A program made the translations under genes and the position numbers. This document shows, in pieces, positions 1 to 9,989 of a stretch of DNA of 27,162 nucleotides. Location of the stretch: the NCBI GenBank assembly GCA_018985225.1, contig JADGIF010000048.1, forward strand, positions 1 to 27,162, in the 5' to 3' direction. Source of the DNA: Amoeboradix gromovi X-113 (lineage: Eukaryota > Fungi > Sanchytriomycota). Numbering within the stretch: the first letter of the stretch is position 1; every line of letters begins with the position of its first letter. Under the pieces are notes generated by a model. It had not been told where the DNA came from. It saw only the letters and a list, made by a program, of their open reading frames with translations, and ran no database searches.

Positions 1-158
1 TGAACGAGATGCAGGGTCTTCTAGTTTTATTTTAAAAACAGGAATACAATCAATGAAAGAAAACTGGTATGATAGAAGATCTTTTATTAATAATAGCATT
101 TCCTCCGTATGGAGCACCTTTAAAAACGAGTTAGTCTAGCTTTTATATTTGGTGTCCC
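1..158 (+). mobile_element. Family B MITE (Fanzor1-like remnant, TIR element), right part, truncated by window start
   Basis: Reverse complement of 8560-8720 and 21023-21185. Ends in the TIR ...TTTTATATTTGGTGTCCC followed by ATTT. Frame 2 reads ERDAGSSSFILKTGIQSMKENWYDRRSF. Confidence 0.85.
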
Positions 159-959
159 ATTTGAAAGCTACGTTGTTATCTCGATTAAAAATGTTGGTTC
201 GCTGTTTACTCACAAGAAATCGTTGACCTACTTTATACTAGATACTGCTCAGAGTGTGCAAACATGGTTCTTTGAGCCATCTACCCAATAAATGACTTCA
301 CCTCTTCTTATCACTGAAACAGGTAATTAATACTATCTTCCCTATCTGTTGTTCATACGTGATTATCATACCGAGTTTTACCGCATTCAAACGCAAAAAA
401 GCGTAAAGAGACAATAACTACAGTTATGTACGCATGATAGGTTTACTAAGCTCATCGGCAGAGTAACTTTTACAGGGTAAAAGAGTTAATTGGCAATATA
501 AAACAGCCATAGGGAGTGCCATCGAGTCAGCCAATTTCGCAAGTTTATCTTATTTCAAAAACAAGGATCGCTTAGGATGCGAATAGCAAGAGCAATATGT
601 TGTTAAGTAAGTTTTAAAGCATTTAGAAGGAATTTATCTTAAAGTTGAGTTTTGCCAATATAAGATTTGAAAATTTCGCTAGTAATAATTATGGCGTCTA
701 CGCCGGCTCCAGCCGACATCCTAAATTTTTAGTACTGTTATCGATTATAACAAGTATTAAGTTATCACAAATGCTTAAATCTATAACACCGGAAAAGCCA
801 AGTGTTCAAGGCCATAAAATCTACACCGTAAAAGAGGAGATATAGCTGAACCTGGCACTATGTTGACTTTACATGAGAACTTGAACAACTTCGCACTACC
901 CGGTAATGTTTCTCAGACATCCGAGAGAAAGAGAAATTGAGTAGAATAAACCACGGATT

Positions 960-1420
960 GGAAACATTCCTTAGGAATGGATCGGGTCAAAAGCGATTTG
1001 CGTATCATTTGAGTCTTATACGTGCGGGCTGTCGCTCTCAAGATCCGGAATGGCATGATGGAAGTAAAGAATGGGTCGTTTCCGAAGATTCCAAAGTGGA
1101 AAAAAGCCAATACTCGCAAGAGCGTTGAATGTGAATACCGGAGACTATGACAAAGATAGCAAGAAACAAAACATCAGAAAGTGATAGAAGATGATAAAAA
1201 GTGATTTGCTATGGTGATAAAACTGATTCCCACCATAGAAAGACCCATTGCAGTGTCCCGTGCTATATAAAGTAGTATGTTCACTTGATGTTGTGACCTT
1301 TTTGCTTATTCCAAAGCTCCAGACATCCAAAGTATGCTTCGGCCCTTATGGTAAGCAGGGTAGCACTCAGCTTTGGAGTAGAGGTCAAATCTTATGCCAC
1401 CATGCTTACTGTGACACGCA
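960..1420 (+). pseudogene. Degraded, internally deleted Fanzor1/TnpB-like nuclease fragment (family D)
   Basis: Motifs in correct order across frameshifts: LGMD[P]GQKRFA (971-1002, one base missing; RuvC-I), VICYGDKTDSHHRKTHCSVP (1201-1260), LIPKLQTSKVC (1305-1337; degenerate ExxTSKxC) and LWSRGQ (1371-1388; degenerate WxRD). Homologous to the minus-strand fragment at ~10000-10400. Confidence 0.6.
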
Positions 1421-1524
1421 TCTAGTTAACTATCTCTTCCTTTTGCGATGCACGTTTTAAAAGTGCTTACACAGTTTCTGCGGAGCATGCCACAAAAGGA
1501 ATAGTTCGCATGGGGCAAGGGATA

Positions 1525-3735
1525 ATGCTGCTCATACACTGCGTAATTTCATTGCATGTACAGAGTGCCTTAATGGATTTATTCGGTGAGACTGTGCACT
1601 ATATTACGATACATGCAAGCACACCAATACATGTTAAAAGCATCAAAATTAATGACAAAATCTGTCAAAACATATTCTTTTGTCACGAAATTGAACCAGA
1701 GGGTACTTGGATAACACCAATAGCAAATCAGACACATCTGTACATTCCCGTTAATCAGGAAAATCATTTTTTTGAAATTGAAATTCGTCGTCAAAATGAT
1801 GAAGATGTTTATTTCCTCCATCCTCACTTAGATGCTTTCCATAGAATATTAGACTGCGGTTTGCCACATGATGTAAAAGATGAAATTAAACCATTTATCA
1901 ACAATCTTGACGATCATGGAATGTATGAAGATGACAGCGGTCAGTTTTCGTTGTTTTCTAATTCGCACGATGCGTTATTAAAAGGTGTCAACCATGATAG
2001 CAAGTCACATGCCACTAGATTGTTCAAAAGAAGCATCTCGACAAATCGCGACAGTTCTGGTTCTAACAGATTTAGAAGAAGTGTGAACAAAATAGTTAAC
2101 ATTTTAGGAGGATTCGGATATGGTATTAAGAACTTGTTTGCGAACTCTAAGATTATTTTTGAGTGGGGTACTTATTTGAACACAATGGAGTTTGTTAAAT
2201 TTTACTACGATAAAGCTTGGGATGTTGTCTGGGAATCTTTTCCAGTAATGCAGCACAAGTTGGCAAGTTTTATGGATGACCAAAAGAACGTGAACGTGAG
2301 CGATTCTTTGCTAGGAAATAAATTTCATGTGAAAAACCCGCTGGAGGAAGTGAAAAAGCTGAATGAAACCAAACACGCTAAAGATATCAGAATCTTATTT
2401 TCCCAACACTTGATAAAGAATACTTTGAGCGCAAACAACTGGACAGAATCTTTAGGTGATGCAGGCAGTGTATATGAACAACTGCTGCCGTTTTATGATG
2501 ATATTCCAGATATGACAGAGATATTTAACATGACAGGTCCTTCAGAAGGTGGATTGCCAGGATTTTTAGATAAGTCAAAGGAAATGCTTATAGATGCCTC
2601 AACTTTGATGATTATAAAGTCTTTCAAATATGTTCAGTATATAAATCGGATCTCCGATAAAGGAATGAATTGGCGTATGAAATTCCCTGGATCCAAAACT
2701 ATTGAAAAAGTAGTATTTCAAGACAGATTTGAGTTGAGTCTAGCTAATCTATACCATATGGCAACTGCCGTTTCTTGCTACTACATGTATTACGGTAAAT
2801 ATCAAACTGCGCCAATTACTGCGGAAGATGTTGTCTCGTTTAAAAAGGCACCTAGTGCATCAAACATATTACACACGTGGCTGTACGATCAGTATTCTGG
2901 AACACCCACACCATGGAAAGAGTATAGACTCAGATGCATTATTGATTGGTTTCCTAGACTTTACTTCGGCCTTCTGATGGTTTATATCACGATTGCATTT
3001 GAACTCCTTGGGGATACATCGATAATTCCTCGCGCTTTTTTAGCTATAAATGCTGCAATGTTTGTACCTACTGCTTTTCCAATAGATATGATCGAACCTC
3101 ATTCGCACTTTGAAACTTTTAAGCAGCTAAACAAACTTTATGTACCTGGGTTTATCATCGGATATGGATGGAATTTGATGTCGATCTTTGTTTGGCTTCG
3201 ACCAGGCTTGTACTCACTGGACTCTTTTGCACTGAAGAGAGGCAGATCTAATTGGTTTACAAAATATGTTCACAACACAAAATTCCAGAATTTTATTGGC
3301 AAAAAAAATGCGATGGAGCTAATATGGGAAAAAATAAAAGCCGTAGCCTTTGGGATACCACAGCTATATGGCGTTTATCATTTAATCCCATTACTAAAAG
3401 CCAGGGTACATATGAACGATTATAGGCAAGTAGGTATGTGGACAATTCAATCTACCGCATGGACTTTGGACTCTATCAACAACCTTGCGCCATTACTAAG
3501 AGGTATAAACACTGTTAAATTTGACTTTTTACAGGGGTTTACAGGTAGATGGATGACTGCATTATATTTAAGCAGAAGCTACTGGGAAGTATTGCACGGG
3601 ATGCCGAATATGTTTATTTACTATCAGAGTTGTTTTACTCCAGCACAAGATTTACAAGAAAGAGTAAAACAAGTGAACGAGATCATCCCGGAACCTCTGA
3701 GGCAGTGGCAAGACATTCATGGTATTTCAGACTAA
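1525..3735 (+). CDS. Hypothetical ~736-aa protein, probable signal peptide and C-terminal hydrophobic segments
   Basis: Long uninterrupted ORF (track start 1510). ATG 1525 gives the signal-like MLLIHCVISLHVQS. Dibasic RFRRS/LFKRS motifs present. No family recognised with confidence. Confidence 0.75.
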   Translation: MLLIHCVISLHVQSALMDLFGETVHYITIHASTPIHVKSIKINDKICQNIFFCHEIEPEGTWITPIANQTHLYIPVNQENHFFEIEIRRQNDEDVYFLHPHLDAFHRILDCGLPHDVKDEIKPFINNLDDHGMYEDDSGQFSLFSNSHDALLKGVNHDSKSHATRLFKRSISTNRDSSGSNRFRRSVNKIVNILGGFGYGIKNLFANSKIIFEWGTYLNTMEFVKFYYDKAWDVVWESFPVMQHKLASFMDDQKNVNVSDSLLGNKFHVKNPLEEVKKLNETKHAKDIRILFSQHLIKNTLSANNWTESLGDAGSVYEQLLPFYDDIPDMTEIFNMTGPSEGGLPGFLDKSKEMLIDASTLMIIKSFKYVQYINRISDKGMNWRMKFPGSKTIEKVVFQDRFELSLANLYHMATAVSCYYMYYGKYQTAPITAEDVVSFKKAPSASNILHTWLYDQYSGTPTPWKEYRLRCIIDWFPRLYFGLLMVYITIAFELLGDTSIIPRAFLAINAAMFVPTAFPIDMIEPHSHFETFKQLNKLYVPGFIIGYGWNLMSIFVWLRPGLYSLDSFALKRGRSNWFTKYVHNTKFQNFIGKKNAMELIWEKIKAVAFGIPQLYGVYHLIPLLKARVHMNDYRQVGMWTIQSTAWTLDSINNLAPLLRGINTVKFDFLQGFTGRWMTALYLSRSYWEVLHGMPNMFIYYQSCFTPAQDLQERVKQVNEIIPEPLRQWQDIHGISD

Positions 3736-4145
3736 TTTAGATCCAGATAATGAGAAAATTTTAAAGGAGAAAGGGTCTTCATTTTAGTAAACCATATTTA
3801 TTGCTCCTCTGGCTTGCTCAAAATTCTGTCTTCAACGTGATTCAGATCCATCTTATGGCTACTATACAGCTATCGCGACGGATAAGAGAGTATCTCCATA
3901 TATGACGATGTTTATAGACTCTATAAAAACCAAGCAGAGCTATCCACTTGAATCGTATACCTAATATCACTAGTAACATATCAACATAGCGGCTAAGAAA
4001 CAGCGATTGCACAGCATTCTGAAGAGGAACAGTTTCTGTTGTAATTTCTATTTCGTTCTTAAGATTCTTTGCCTGAAAGTAAAATTCATGTAGATTATAA
4101 ACCAAGTTTGGTTTCATAACAATTTACTTAAAAAAGCAGAAATTT

Positions 4146-4478
4146 TCAAGCAAATGCAAGGGCTAACCATCCAGAAATAATAAGAATTCCACCTATTGGA
4201 GTAACAGGTCCCATGAACTTCATTCCATCATTGAGAACCAGAATGTATATACTTCCACTGAATAAACAAGTACCGCAAATAAAGAGCTTCGCAGCTATTG
4301 GATAGTTCATATTGTATGCCAATAATGCCATTCCCGAGTGGATCATCTGGTAGTTTGCTGCCACTTTAAATGAATTAATTTTAGACGCTGGTAATCTGTT
4401 TCTTAGTGCATGCTCTCCAAAAGCCCCTGCAGCTACTGCCATAGCACCGCTCAATGCACTAATTAACTTCAATGCCAT
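4146..4478 (-). CDS. TMEM256: TMEM256/DUF423 (YgdD-like) small membrane protein
   Basis: GAMAVAAGAFGEHAL, AANYQMIHS, GTCLFSGSIY and GPVTPIGG are DUF423 hallmark motifs. First ATG at 4478. Confidence 0.9.
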   Translation of the reverse strand: MALKLISALSGAMAVAAGAFGEHALRNRLPASKINSFKVAANYQMIHSGMALLAYNMNYPIAAKLFICGTCLFSGSIYILVLNDGMKFMGPVTPIGGILIISGWLALAFA

Positions 4479-4511
4479 TGTTTTGTGAAGTTTCAAGGAT
4501 ATTTAAGACAG

Positions 4512-5083
4512 CTCTCGATTGTTTTCTTGAATAAATCATTTATCGCAAATTTGTATGCATTTTTATATGATTTCAAGACTTTTCTAGATTTTTCTAATAG
4601 CTCAAATACTCGCTATTCATCAACGACATGTATTTGTAAACTGGAACCCTGAATATGTCAGATCTAAAGAAACTACTAATAGGTATAGTATGCAATCACT
4701 GACATTAAGAAACTGGCTCAAAAATGGGAAAATTATATATCTTTTAACAATTTATCATTACGCATCCAAAGAACACTTGAAATTCAGGCGACAATGGGAG
4801 GAAATACGATAATTGCGTGTAATAAAGGATTTGCCAGTCAAACATGTACAAGGTGTTAAACCTGAAAGAAAACTAATTTTGAGAATTACACATTTACAAA
4901 TCAGTTAAAGATGGATAGAGATCATATGGCAGCAAGGAATATGTATATCAAATGTATGTATCCTTATTCAATCCCGCCTCAGGGTAGCGAAAGCTTGAGT
5001 AATCACTTGTAACGAAGAGTCTGAATTTGTCAGTCTATATATGGAAATTCTTGGTTTTTTAAGAATTCAAAAGCACAATGAAG
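4512..5083 (+). mobile_element. Family A Fanzor2/IS607-like non-autonomous element, old diverged copy
   Basis: Left end CTCGATTGTTTTCTTGAATAAA shared with other copies. Translates piecewise to HYASKEHLKF, IACNKGFASQTCTRC and MDRDHMAARNMYIK (4911-4952). Right end degenerate. Confidence 0.8.
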
Positions 5084-5110
5084 TTCAAGTAAAAAACCAA
5101 TTTATTCTTG

Positions 5111-5845
5111 TTAAAGTGGAAATCTTGGCGTTCTACCTCCTAATTCATAAATAGATAAACTTGAATGAGCAATCAAATTCCATAGCGGAATGGAACAGAA
5201 TTGGAAAACAAAATACCATTGAGGAGCTGTAAAAAAAGCAATTGTTGCGCCCAGTATAACGTAGATACCCATTAAAACAAAATGAGCGGTTGAGGCAATG
5301 GCCACTGCTTTGTTGATATCTTTTTCGTCAACTAGACTTGAGCTTACCGTTATTTCACTTTCAGATTGATTAAAGCAGCACAGATAAGGAGGCAAAGTCC
5401 GTTTTCTTATATTCTCAGCTGTATATTCATTCTTTATGCTCCCTAGTGAGTAAATAGAAATAAATAATCCGTAAACAGAGAGTATAAGACTTAAAATGAT
5501 ATTAAATTGAGCAAAATTAACTAGGGATGTTATCAGGTATACAACCCAAGTTATAAAATAGAGCTCGGTCATCCTGATATGCACATTTGGCCTTCTAAAT
5601 GCAAAAGTTACAACGTAAAGATACGAACTAATCAACGTCATACTTAACAGTGCGATTAGATAAATTACCGTGCTAAAGTATGCCAAAGGTAGAATTACAT
5701 TAAATCCGAAGACTACTCCAAGCAAAAGATAAGCAATGGAAGCTTTAAAGTACTTTAAGATTCTCTTAATTCCATACAGAGAGAGCAGTGAATTAAAGAT
5801 GCTAATGGCCAGAAATATGAAAACTGAAGTGTTTGTAAATTCCAT
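5111..5845 (-). CDS. Hypothetical multi-pass membrane protein (244 aa)
   Basis: ATG-started ORF with ~6-7 hydrophobic segments. AATAAA lies a few nt after the stop. Confidence 0.75.
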   Translation of the reverse strand: MEFTNTSVFIFLAISIFNSLLSLYGIKRILKYFKASIAYLLLGVVFGFNVILPLAYFSTVIYLIALLSMTLISSYLYVVTFAFRRPNVHIRMTELYFITWVVYLITSLVNFAQFNIILSLILSVYGLFISIYSLGSIKNEYTAENIRKRTLPPYLCCFNQSESEITVSSSLVDEKDINKAVAIASTAHFVLMGIYVILGATIAFFTAPQWYFVFQFCSIPLWNLIAHSSLSIYELGGRTPRFPL

Positions 5846-5861
5846 GTAAAATGTTTTACTC

Positions 5862-6402
5862 CTCCTCGTTCAAAGACCTGATTTCCGAGAAAATCCAGAA
5901 TTCCACAGAGAAACTAATGCTAGATGCTCCGTTACAGTGATCGCTCACGCTTTCACTACCCTGAGACGGGATTGAATAAGGATGCAGATACTAGATGTAT
6001 ATGTTCCTTGCTGCCATATGATCTCTATCTATTTCCAAATGACAGTTGGTACAAGTGTAGGTTTTCTTTAAAGTACCACACCTTGTACATGGCATCGAAT
6101 TTGTTCCTTGGTGCCATATCCACTTCGAAATGACACTATGTACATGAATAGCTCTCCAAATTGGTTTTCTTTAGAGTGCCACATATTGTATATGGCATCA
6201 AATTTCCGTGTTTGGACCAGATTATCGGTCTGAGACAAATGTGTGCTGTACCTGTTAATTATTTCTTTAGATTCCATTTACCATTTGCGAAAAGGAAGAA
6301 TATCGAGTATTTGAGCTGTTAGAAAAATCTGGAAAAGTCTTGAAATGATACAAAAATGCATACAAATTCGCGATAAATGATTTATTCAAGAAAACAGTCA
6401 AG
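5862..6402 (-). mobile_element. Family A element with internal tandem duplication of the Zn-ribbon/RuvC-III segment
   Basis: Reverse complement of copies at 7985 and 16240. Minus strand reads CTRCGTLKKTYTCTNCHLEIDRDHMAARNIYI (DRDHMAARNI at ~6000-6029). Right end ...GAACGAGGAG at 5862. Confidence 0.9.
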
Positions 6403-6434
6403 CTGATTTGTAAAATACTCATGTCTTTTATTGT

Positions 6435-7910
6435 TTACTCGAAGACCATTGATTGCATCATGTCTTGCAAATTAACTATTTTCTCACCCTCCCATGCATC
6501 AACTTGATTAGCCACCTCTGTGTCTTCTTCAACATCCTGCAAAAACGCATTATATGTTTCCTCGTTTTGGTCTACTGTATTTAATCGCTTCAAATTCCAG
6601 CCACGCTTCTTTTGCTTTTTTGGATACACTTTTCGTATAACTATCACATCAGGAATTTTTTCGTCTTTCAGCAACTCAAAGTCGTCATTATTAAAGTTTT
6701 GGTTAGTTAAATCATAACATTCTACAGTGTCACCGGGGTGCAAAATGTGCCCGAGATGTGTTTTAACAGTAAACATTGTATTGTCACTCATTCTGCCGAT
6801 GCATACAGTAGAGAGTTGATGAGAATCTGTGAAATTGTGGTGCTCTTCAACGTCAATAACGTAGAATTGTATTAGTTCCTTAACTGTACCCAAAGGTGGA
6901 AAACCACCACTTCCAAACGCCGCCTTACTAGCCGCACCAGAAAAGGAGCCGCCTTTCGCTTTTAAAGTATTTTTATGATGTCCCTGAGTTGCACCTTGAA
7001 CAGTAGGATGGGTACTCCAGTATCTCTCTGCACTCAGCTCAGCTGTGCCCAATGTGCATGGATCTAGTAGATGAAGCCACTTACCAACTCGATTGACAAT
7101 ACAAATTTGGCTTATTCCACTTAGTTTGTTAGCTAACTGCTTTGGTAGACAGATCAAATCTAAGCGGCTAAGCGGAACAATCTCAACACTAAATGTGATC
7201 TTGACATTCGCTGTATTACTTTTTAAATCAGCACTGATTATCTGATCGCTCATTTGCATTCGAGCAGGAACTACCTTTAAAACAAACTCAACAAATTTTT
7301 GAGCATGATGCTTCTGCACAAAATGCATATCCATTCCTTGAGATACAGGTTTTATGCCAACACAATCCATATGCATTCTGTTCTTCAAGATAAGCTGCTC
7401 AAGAAATAATAGTGACCTTCCCTGCTTAGAGTGTTGGCGCAATTGCACATTAGCAGACCAAGTCTGTTGAGCTGCTAGCTTGGTGCAATCAGGACACTGT
7501 GTGTATGCGACTATGTATTCCACTAATTGAGTGTGATGAACAATGGTATTGTTATCGAGACTCTTCTCGTATGTGACTTTAGTCTTAATTCTTTTACTGT
7601 GGGGTTCGGTGTATATAAAATGCCCATCTAATAACTTCATATTCAACCGCTTTAGACAAACTGATAGAAGTTCCTTAGACTCCCATTTTGCAAGAGTCCA
7701 AGTGGTAGGATGTTGATGATATCTGTCACATTGCTTACAATACAACACCGTTTGCGTAGGTATTAGATCCGCCTGGATTTGGGATTGCAGACATTGCATG
7801 CAAGTGTTACTAGGATTTGGTTCAATTGGCACACCACATAAACAGCAAAGAATTACTTGACCCTGATGATTATCAACTTCCATCAATTCAACATAATCTG
7901 GACCCTCCAT
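6435..7910 (-). CDS. NMD3: 60S ribosomal export adaptor Nmd3
   Basis: CCLCGVPIEPNPSNTCMQC, CKQCDRY, ESKELLSVCLKRL, FIYTEPHSKRIK, QCPDC, KTHLGHILHPGD and IPDVIVIRK. Confidence 0.97.
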   Translation of the reverse strand: MEGPDYVELMEVDNHQGQVILCCLCGVPIEPNPSNTCMQCLQSQIQADLIPTQTVLYCKQCDRYHQHPTTWTLAKWESKELLSVCLKRLNMKLLDGHFIYTEPHSKRIKTKVTYEKSLDNNTIVHHTQLVEYIVAYTQCPDCTKLAAQQTWSANVQLRQHSKQGRSLLFLEQLILKNRMHMDCVGIKPVSQGMDMHFVQKHHAQKFVEFVLKVVPARMQMSDQIISADLKSNTANVKITFSVEIVPLSRLDLICLPKQLANKLSGISQICIVNRVGKWLHLLDPCTLGTAELSAERYWSTHPTVQGATQGHHKNTLKAKGGSFSGAASKAAFGSGGFPPLGTVKELIQFYVIDVEEHHNFTDSHQLSTVCIGRMSDNTMFTVKTHLGHILHPGDTVECYDLTNQNFNNDDFELLKDEKIPDVIVIRKVYPKKQKKRGWNLKRLNTVDQNEETYNAFLQDVEEDTEVANQVDAWEGEKIVNLQDMMQSMVFE

Positions 7911-7984
7911 GTTGACTCCGGTTAGGAATGATACAAAATTTTACCCGTCGGACACACTGGTCAAAGATTTCAAAAAATAAATAG

Positions 7985-8549
7985 CTCGATTGTTTTCTTG
8001 AATAAAGCATTTATCGCGAATCTTTATACATTTTTATATAATTTCATGACTTTTCCAGATTTTTCTAATAGCTTAGATACTCGATATTTTTCCTTTTCAC
8101 AAGTGGTAAACCAAATCTAAAGAAATAACTAGTAGGTACAGCATACATTCATCAACACTGAGGAACTGGTCCAAAAATGGAAGAATTAGATGTCTTTCGA
8201 GGCCAGAAAAAAGATATCTGTACAATTTATTCAAGGAACACTTGAAGTTCAAGTGTAAACAAAAAGGAAAGACGATGCTTGAGTGTAATGAAGTATTTAC
8301 TATCAGACATGGACAAGGTGTGGTACTCTAAAGTAACCCAATTTGGGGAGCAACACTTGTACAAAATATCATTTGAAGATAGACACCACATGGCAGCAAG
8401 GAACATGTACATCAAGTATCTGCGTCCTTGTTCAGTCTCACCTCAGGGTATTGAAAGCGTGAGCAATCGCTGTAATGGAGCATCTAGCGTTGCTAGTTTC
8501 TCTATGGAAATTCTAGATTTTCTCGGAAATCAGGACTTTTAGCGAGGAG
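7985..8549 (+). mobile_element. Family A element (longest nuclease remnant)
   Basis: Piecewise translation: RCLSRPEKRYLYNLFKEHLKFKCKQKGKTMLECNEVFT / QTWTRCGTLK*PNLGSNTCTKYHLKID / HMAARNMYIKYL. Conserved left end and right end ...TAGCGAGGAG. Confidence 0.9.
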
Positions 8550-8559
8550 AGTAATAAAT

Positions 8560-9017
8560 GGGACACCAAATATAAAAACTAGACTAACTCGTTTTTAAAG
8601 GAGGTGCACCATACTGAGGAATGCTATCATTAATAAAAGATCTTCTATTATACCAATTTTCTTTCCTTGATTGTATTCCCTTCTTCAAGATAAAACTAGA
8701 AGACCCTGCATCTCGTTCAAATATATGAGGTCTTTGAGCATCTAAGCAAAAGGTGCATTTTCTTAGACGGTACTCTTTTCTAGTGTCATTTTGTAATGTT
8801 ATACTAGCATCATTACTCTTATCTATTTCTTTAAAGTGTAATAGCGATATTTTATTTGAAATAAAGATTGGATGAAAGAGTAAGAGAATAACTGTACAGA
8901 ATATTTATTTTCCTTTTATACTCGTCAACTCCGCAACTAGCTGAATGTCCAGTCGCCTCTTAAATAATGTTCCAAGTTGTTACAGAAAGTTAGTTCAGTT
9001 TTTATATTTGATGTCCC
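8560..9017 (-). mobile_element. Family B MITE, complete, ~30-bp TIRs, 4-bp TSD AAAT
   Basis: Left GGGACACCAAATATAAAAACTAGACTAACT; right end is the reverse complement of GGGACATCAAATATAAAAACTGAACTAACT. AAAT at 8556-8559 and 9018-9021. Minus strand has GVDEYK (8915-8932) and a ~100-codon open frame with RLRKCTFC...HIFERDAGSSSFI. Confidence 0.92.
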
Positions 9018-9072
9018 AAATTTTAAATTATTTGAGATCCTTATTATAGAGTCAATAGCTGTCTTATACCTC

Positions 9073-9174
9073 TGAAATAAAGATTGAATGGAAGAACAAG
9101 CAAATAGATGTACAGAATATTTATTTTTTAAATTCCGAAACAAAATGTCTAGTCTAGTTTTTACAGTGTGTCCC
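9073..9174. mobile_element. Degenerate partial family B-related end
   Basis: 9073-9128 resembles 8857-8912 (GAAATAAAGATTG...TGTACAGAATATTTATTTT). Ends in TIR-like AGTCTAGTTTTTACAGTGTGTCCC followed by AAAT. Confidence 0.6.
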
Positions 9175-9419
9175 AAATGTGAACTCTGATTTATTTCCAA
9201 TCTTTGCATTTAGAGTTTCGTTTTCGAGAGTAATGGTCTCGCTCTGGTAATTGATCATTCGCATTAGCTAGTGCAATTTTTTGATAATGATTTCCTGAAA
9301 TTGGTCAAATTCAGTTGTTTCTCAACGAAGCCAGCGCAATTATCCCTATATCAACCTCATTATCCAAATATGGGGGAAGCAACAAATTTTTAGACTATGA
9401 TTTAGTAATAAATTTTATT

Positions 9420-9523
9420 TTCCTCGTTGATTACCAAGAAATCGAGAATTTTCGCAGAGAAACTAACGATATTAGTCGCTTCTATACAGTGACTGCTCAC
9501 GCATTCACTACGTTGAGGTGGGC
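9420..9523 (-). mobile_element. Family A right-end-only fragment (putative omegaRNA scaffold region)
   Basis: Minus strand CCCACCTCAACGTAGTGAATGCGTGAGCAGTCACT...AAATTCTCGATTTC...AACGAGGA aligns to the last ~115 nt of the other copies. Confidence 0.75.
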
Positions 9524-9989
9524 TTACCTTTAACTATGTCTTTAGATTTAAGATATTCTAGATTACAAAACTTGATTCCATTTTTCATATGAACAAAAGA
9601 CGAATATCTAACATTTAAATAATAAGAAAGATCCGGTAAGTACACTTTATTAAAAAATTGTAATGTAATTACGAAAAATGGTTATTTAATTAGTAACCAA
9701 AGCTGTTAATTCTTTACGTTTGAAAAAACCAGCCTCTTGACGCTAGTTCATTTCCGAAACTGCAGAGCCATTACAAGGCAACCAAAGATTTTTTGAATTT
9801 ACCTCAACTGTCATTTAAAAGAGTTTCTAATTACTCTAACTTTCATACAAAAGAATTTTTACGGACGCTATACCGATACTTTGAGCCAAAGACCTAAAGA
9901 AAGCAGAACTAATCAAGCAAGATATCTATATTATGTCAACCAGCGATTATAGGAAACAGTATTGCTACCGTTTCTTCTCTGCCACCGAG

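Noticed and set aside
3842-4117. 91-aa minus-strand ORF
   Set aside because: No recognisable motif; a competing short plus-strand frame exists and neither can be supported.
5924-6277. Short ORFs inside family A copies (also 8227-8542, 16403-16832, 21585-21770)
   Set aside because: Frameshifted or antisense pieces of the nuclease remnant, with stops differing between copies; not functional genes.
8560-9017. PIF/Harbinger, ISL2EU or piggyBac assignment for family B
   Set aside because: Flanks match as 4-bp AAAT/ATTT duplications, not 3-bp TWA, 2-bp AT or TTAA.
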